Positions 60,397-64,000 of a DNA stretch of 64,000 nt are shown in pieces; position 1 is the first letter of the stretch; each line of letters opens with the position of its first letter. The translations under genes were made by a program, and so were the position numbers. The DNA comes from Myxococcales bacterium. Its GTDB lineage: Bacteria > Myxococcota_A > Polyangia > Polyangiales > DASUME01. The notes below the pieces were generated by a model. That model worked only from the letters and a program-made list of their open reading frames with translations, ran no database searches and was not told where the DNA came from. The stretch is from contig JASGJH010000001.1 in NCBI GenBank assembly GCA_047601445.1, positions 3,008,001-3,072,000 on the forward strand. The letters run 5' to 3'.

Positions 60397-61350
60397 ATGG
60401 GTAGTTTGCAGCCGCCTCCGAAACCGCGATTTTCGCAGTTCCCCGGGGCCCTTCCAGCGGCCAATCCACAACGCATTGAACTGCGCCGCTTCGCTGGCCA
60501 CGTGGACCACGAGGACCACCTCTCCCATCTCCGCATCGCGCACCTGACCGACCAGCACTTCGGGCGTGTGACCCCGCACCCGGTGCAGCAGGCCGCCATG
60601 TTGCTGGCGAACGAGCAAGAGCCTGACCTGGTGGTCATCACCGGTGACTTCGTGTGCCATAGCCAGGAGTACCTGGACGAGCTCGAGGAGGTCATCGCGG
60701 CCTTCCAGGCGCCGGTCCTGTGCGTACTCGGGAACCACGACCACTGGTCGGGCGCAGGGGCGGTTCGCCGCGCGCTGCGGAAGGCCGGGGCCGAGGTGCT
60801 CGACAACCAGCACACGGTGCTCACGCTGCGGAACCAACCGCTGCAAGTGGTGGGACTCGACGACGCCTATACGGGCCACGCCGACGTGGAGAAGGCCACC
60901 AAGGGCCTGCGCAACGACCTTCCCACCATCGGCCTCTCGCATATCGCAGAGGAGGCCGATGCCCTGTGGGAGCGCGGCGTGCCGCTGGTCTTCTCGGGGC
61001 ATACCCACGCTGGCCAGGTGACTTTGGCCAGCATGCACGAGCTGTTTTTGGGCCGCATCGTCGGCCACAAATACGTCCATGGGCTGTACGGCTGCCGCAA
61101 GCGGACCCAGGCCAAGGGCGCCGTGTACGTGGGTGCCGGCATCGGGGCCGCCGTGATGCCGATTCGACTGGGTGCACGCGGGCGGCGCGAGGTGGCGCTG
61201 TTCGAGCTGGGGGCCGCGGCCGGAGCCCACTGGGAACATCACGCGGAGCAGCGCGCGCTCAAGGGGCGCGCGCCCGACGCGCGCACCAAGGAAAGACGCC
61301 GGCAGCAGCTCGAGCGCAAGAAGCGCAAGCACCCTCCCTCAACGGAGTGA
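60397..61350 (+). CDS. Calcineurin-like metallophosphoesterase
   Basis: TDQH, TGDFV, LGNHD, SH, GHTHAGQ. Confidence 0.9.
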   Translation: MGSLQPPPKPRFSQFPGALPAANPQRIELRRFAGHVDHEDHLSHLRIAHLTDQHFGRVTPHPVQQAAMLLANEQEPDLVVITGDFVCHSQEYLDELEEVIAAFQAPVLCVLGNHDHWSGAGAVRRALRKAGAEVLDNQHTVLTLRNQPLQVVGLDDAYTGHADVEKATKGLRNDLPTIGLSHIAEEADALWERGVPLVFSGHTHAGQVTLASMHELFLGRIVGHKYVHGLYGCRKRTQAKGAVYVGAGIGAAVMPIRLGARGRREVALFELGAAAGAHWEHHAEQRALKGRAPDARTKERRRQQLERKKRKHPPSTE

Positions 61351-62349
61351 TTCGAGCGCGTAGAAGTAAATGGGCTGCTCCTCGCCCTCCGAGATGGTGA
61401 AGTAGCCGAGGCCGTCGGCGCGGAAACCGAAGGACTCGCCTTGCTTCTTGGTGTCCGCGAGGGGCCAGGGGCATGGCGTGCCGGAGAGGGCCTCGACCAG
61501 GCTCTGCCCGGGTGCCCGCGGCCAGAAGAACAGCTGCCTGTAGTTGCGGATGGCCACGCCGGAGCCGTCGGGGACCAGGTCGGCGGCGGTCACCGGGCCG
61601 AGCGGCAGGTTGAGCACGAAATGGGCGAGGGCCTGAGGCTTGAGGAGTTCCTGCCGCGCGATGCGATAGAGCCCGATGGGGGCATCGTGGGAAGAAAAGA
61701 AGGATCCCTTGGCCACGATGAAGAGGTCGCCGCTCGCGGCATCCACCAGCAATGCCTCGGCGTCGCGTGGGCCGCCCTCGTAGGCGAGGTCGATGCGGGC
61801 CGCGTCCGCCGTGAGCTTGGTCGGACCGTCGGCGGCCAGACTGGGCTCCTCGAAGCGATAGATCTGGACGTGCTCGCGGCGCGCCAGGTTGTCGCCGATA
61901 TCGCCGACGTAGAGGTAGGTCTTGCCCTCGACGGGGCCGGGACCGATGGCGATGTCCTCGTAGTCCACGGCTTGCGCACCGCGCAGGGCCACCTCGTAGC
62001 GCACCTTGCCGTTGGTCTGGATGGCAAACACCCGGGGGCTGTCGCCCGAGTCGTTGTGCACCCAGAGCAGGCCCGGATTGGCGCGGCTCGCGATCAACCC
62101 CGAGACCTCGTCGAGCCCCGTCTCAGGCAGCTTCCCCACCACCTCCGGTGGCTTGACGCGTGGACAGGACGCAGAGGCGGGTCCCGCATCGAGGTCGGAC
62201 GTGGCCTCGGTGCGTCCCGCTGGAACCTGCGCCTGGGCTTCCTGGGTGGGCGCGACGGCGGCCGAGCCGTGGCACGCGGACGCCAGCAGCAGGCCGGCAC
62301 ATGCGAAGCGGACCGAGTGCCAGGCGCGGACACAGAGCTTGGGGGACAC
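61339..62349 (-). CDS. Lipoprotein, probable beta-propeller
   Basis: Lipobox ASAC; EVSGL, WVHNDSG, DYEDIA, GDIGDN, DAEAL, QGES, TISE. Confidence 0.75.
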   Translation of the reverse strand: MSPKLCVRAWHSVRFACAGLLLASACHGSAAVAPTQEAQAQVPAGRTEATSDLDAGPASASCPRVKPPEVVGKLPETGLDEVSGLIASRANPGLLWVHNDSGDSPRVFAIQTNGKVRYEVALRGAQAVDYEDIAIGPGPVEGKTYLYVGDIGDNLARREHVQIYRFEEPSLAADGPTKLTADAARIDLAYEGGPRDAEALLVDAASGDLFIVAKGSFFSSHDAPIGLYRIARQELLKPQALAHFVLNLPLGPVTAADLVPDGSGVAIRNYRQLFFWPRAPGQSLVEALSGTPCPWPLADTKKQGESFGFRADGLGYFTISEGEEQPIYFYALESLR

Positions 62350-62354
62350 GTCCC

Positions 62355-64000
62355 CTAGAATGCGACCTGACTCGGCTTTTCTCCAGGCAACGTGACCGCC
62401 ATCAGGTCCATTTTCTGCCCGCGCAGCGCCTTGTAGCGCGCGTAATACCCGAGCACGCGCCGCACGTAGCGCTTGGTCTCGGCGAACGGGATGCGTTCGA
62501 GGAAGGCGTCGAGCGGCACGTGCGAACCGTACTCGCGGATCCAGCGCCGGACGTTGTGGGGCCCACCGTTGTAGCTGGCGATGGCGAGCGGCAGCCGGCC
62601 GTCCATGCGCTCCAGCAGCGAGCTCAAGTACCAGGCGGAGAACTCGAGGTTCGTGTGGGGATCGAGCAGATCCGTGGTGGTGGCTTCGTACTGTCCGAGC
62701 TTGTCGGCGATGAGGCGCCCGGTGCGGGGCATGATCTGCATCAAGCCGATGGCGCCCGCGTGAGAGATGATGCGGCGCTGATACACGCTCTCGACGCGCA
62801 TCACCGCGAACAGCAAGTCCGGATCGAGCCCGTACTTGCGCGCCACCTTGGCCACCGTGTTGGCGTAGGGCTCGGGATGAGTCTCGGCCCAACCAGGACC
62901 GCCGAACAGACCCGCCGTGCCCCAGTCGCCCATGCTGCTCGCCACCTTGGCGAGACTGTTGCGGGTGGCCATGTCGAGGCCCAAGCGCTGTCGCCGCACC
63001 TGGGGATCGACCGTGGGCAGCACCACGCCGGTGCCCCGATACACGGCCTCGCGGCCGGCGCGGAAGGCACCACGGCGCGCCACGAAGCGGAAGGCGAGAT
63101 AGGTCTCGTGGAGCTCGTCGCTGGCAGCCTCGACCTCACCTAGCTTCAGCAGATCGAGCGCGCGTCCGAGCCAAGGATAAGCCTCACCGTGGCTGGCCAC
63201 GATGGGCGTGAGCCCCGCGATGGCCGCGGGCACGTCGATGCCGGCCTGGGTCTCGAGGCTGGCGAGCACGCTCTCGATGCGCTGCTCGTTGCACTCGGCG
63301 CGACGTCCGGGCGCCGCGCAGGCGCGCTCGGTGCCGGCGTTCAGCACGCGCAGGCGCTGCTCGGCCCAGTTGGCGTAGAAGCGCATGGCGTTGGTGTCGG
63401 CGAGCTGAACCTGGGCCAGCTCCTGCTTGGCTTCGTCCAGCTTGCCCATGCGCTCGAGGGCGCGGGCGCGGTGATAGCGGGAGGCCGCGCCGAGGCTCGG
63501 GTGGTTCACCAGGGTGTCCGCCAGGGCCACGAGCTCGCTGTCGCTGGCCGTGCCCGCAGCCACGGTGAGGGCGTTGAAGCGCACCTCGGCGGGGGCCACT
63601 GCGGCCTTCTTGGTGAGCTCGGCCAGCAGCTCGTCGGCCACATCCGTCAAACGCATCTCGCAGCTGGGATAGAGCCACTGCAAGTAGAAGGCAGGGCGCT
63701 GCTTGGAGAGCTTCTTCTTGTCGATGAGCTGCAAGCGGATCTTGCGCTCCATGGCATCGCGCTCCGGGTTGACCGCGCTGGCCGAGAGCGCGCTCACGAA
63801 GGTGCGCTCGCTGGATACGGTCATGCGCCCGTCGAGCGACGCCATGTCGTTCACCAGGCCGTCGCGCTGGGCGAGCAGCGTCTTGGGCATGGGGCGGACG
63901 GCGATTTCGGCCACGGCCTCGCGCGCGAGCTCGATGGGGCCTGACTTGAGCAGGCGCTCCGTGCGAGCCAACGCTTCCTGGTCGCTGAAAGGGGCCACCA
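62355..64000 (-). CDS. Soluble lytic transglycosylase (Slt) domain protein, 5' truncated by window
   Basis: AVMRVES, GAIGLMQIMP, ASYNGGP, IPFAETKRYV. Confidence 0.93.
   Translation of the reverse strand, partial: VAPFSDQEALARTERLLKSGPIELAREAVAEIAVRPMPKTLLAQRDGLVNDMASLDGRMTVSSERTFVSALSASAVNPERDAMERKIRLQLIDKKKLSKQRPAFYLQWLYPSCEMRLTDVADELLAELTKKAAVAPAEVRFNALTVAAGTASDSELVALADTLVNHPSLGAASRYHRARALERMGKLDEAKQELAQVQLADTNAMRFYANWAEQRLRVLNAGTERACAAPGRRAECNEQRIESVLASLETQAGIDVPAAIAGLTPIVASHGEAYPWLGRALDLLKLGEVEAASDELHETYLAFRFVARRGAFRAGREAVYRGTGVVLPTVDPQVRRQRLGLDMATRNSLAKVASSMGDWGTAGLFGGPGWAETHPEPYANTVAKVARKYGLDPDLLFAVMRVESVYQRRIISHAGAIGLMQIMPRTGRLIADKLGQYEATTTDLLDPHTNLEFSAWYLSSLLERMDGRLPLAIASYNGGPHNVRRWIREYGSHVPLDAFLERIPFAETKRYVRRVLGYYARYKALRGQKMDLMAVTLPGEKPSQVAF

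Overview
High-GC bacterial chromosomal window, most consistent with a myxobacterium (Polyangiales-like). That assignment is inferred from three Hanks-type Ser/Thr kinases, Cys-rich lipoproteins, futalosine-pathway genes and archaeal-type ProRS. It carries about 60 genes. Housekeeping genes: ung, bioB, alaS, recN, amtB, ahcY, proS, mqnD, cyaY, pyrE, pntA domain I and an Slt-type transglycosylase. The left third is enriched for redox/electrophile stress (SnoaL-fused ECF sigma with DoxX, VOC and GST genes; three GSTs; ahpCF with an OxyR-type box) and lipid modification (two membrane desaturases, a CDP-alcohol phosphotransferase). One complete IS3-family element lies at 283-1562. I saw no tRNA, rRNA, CRISPR array, prophage or recognisable defence system. 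The main unexplained signals are: (1) a ~180-nt intergenic rod-like structured RNA candidate with 6S-like features (14805-14985); (2) a tandem array of a ~102-bp multi-hairpin repeat with a dispersed copy carrying a compensatory base change; (3) a divergent MqnC/CofH-like radical SAM coupled to a Na+:solute symporter and divergent from a ferritin-like diiron gene; (4) a KTSC protein with a Ku-like C-terminal motif; (5) a 63-Cys solenoid-like lipoprotein; (6) an orphan transhydrogenase domain I. None can be confirmed as a new system from sequence alone. Product calls come from motifs recognised by eye, not from database searches.
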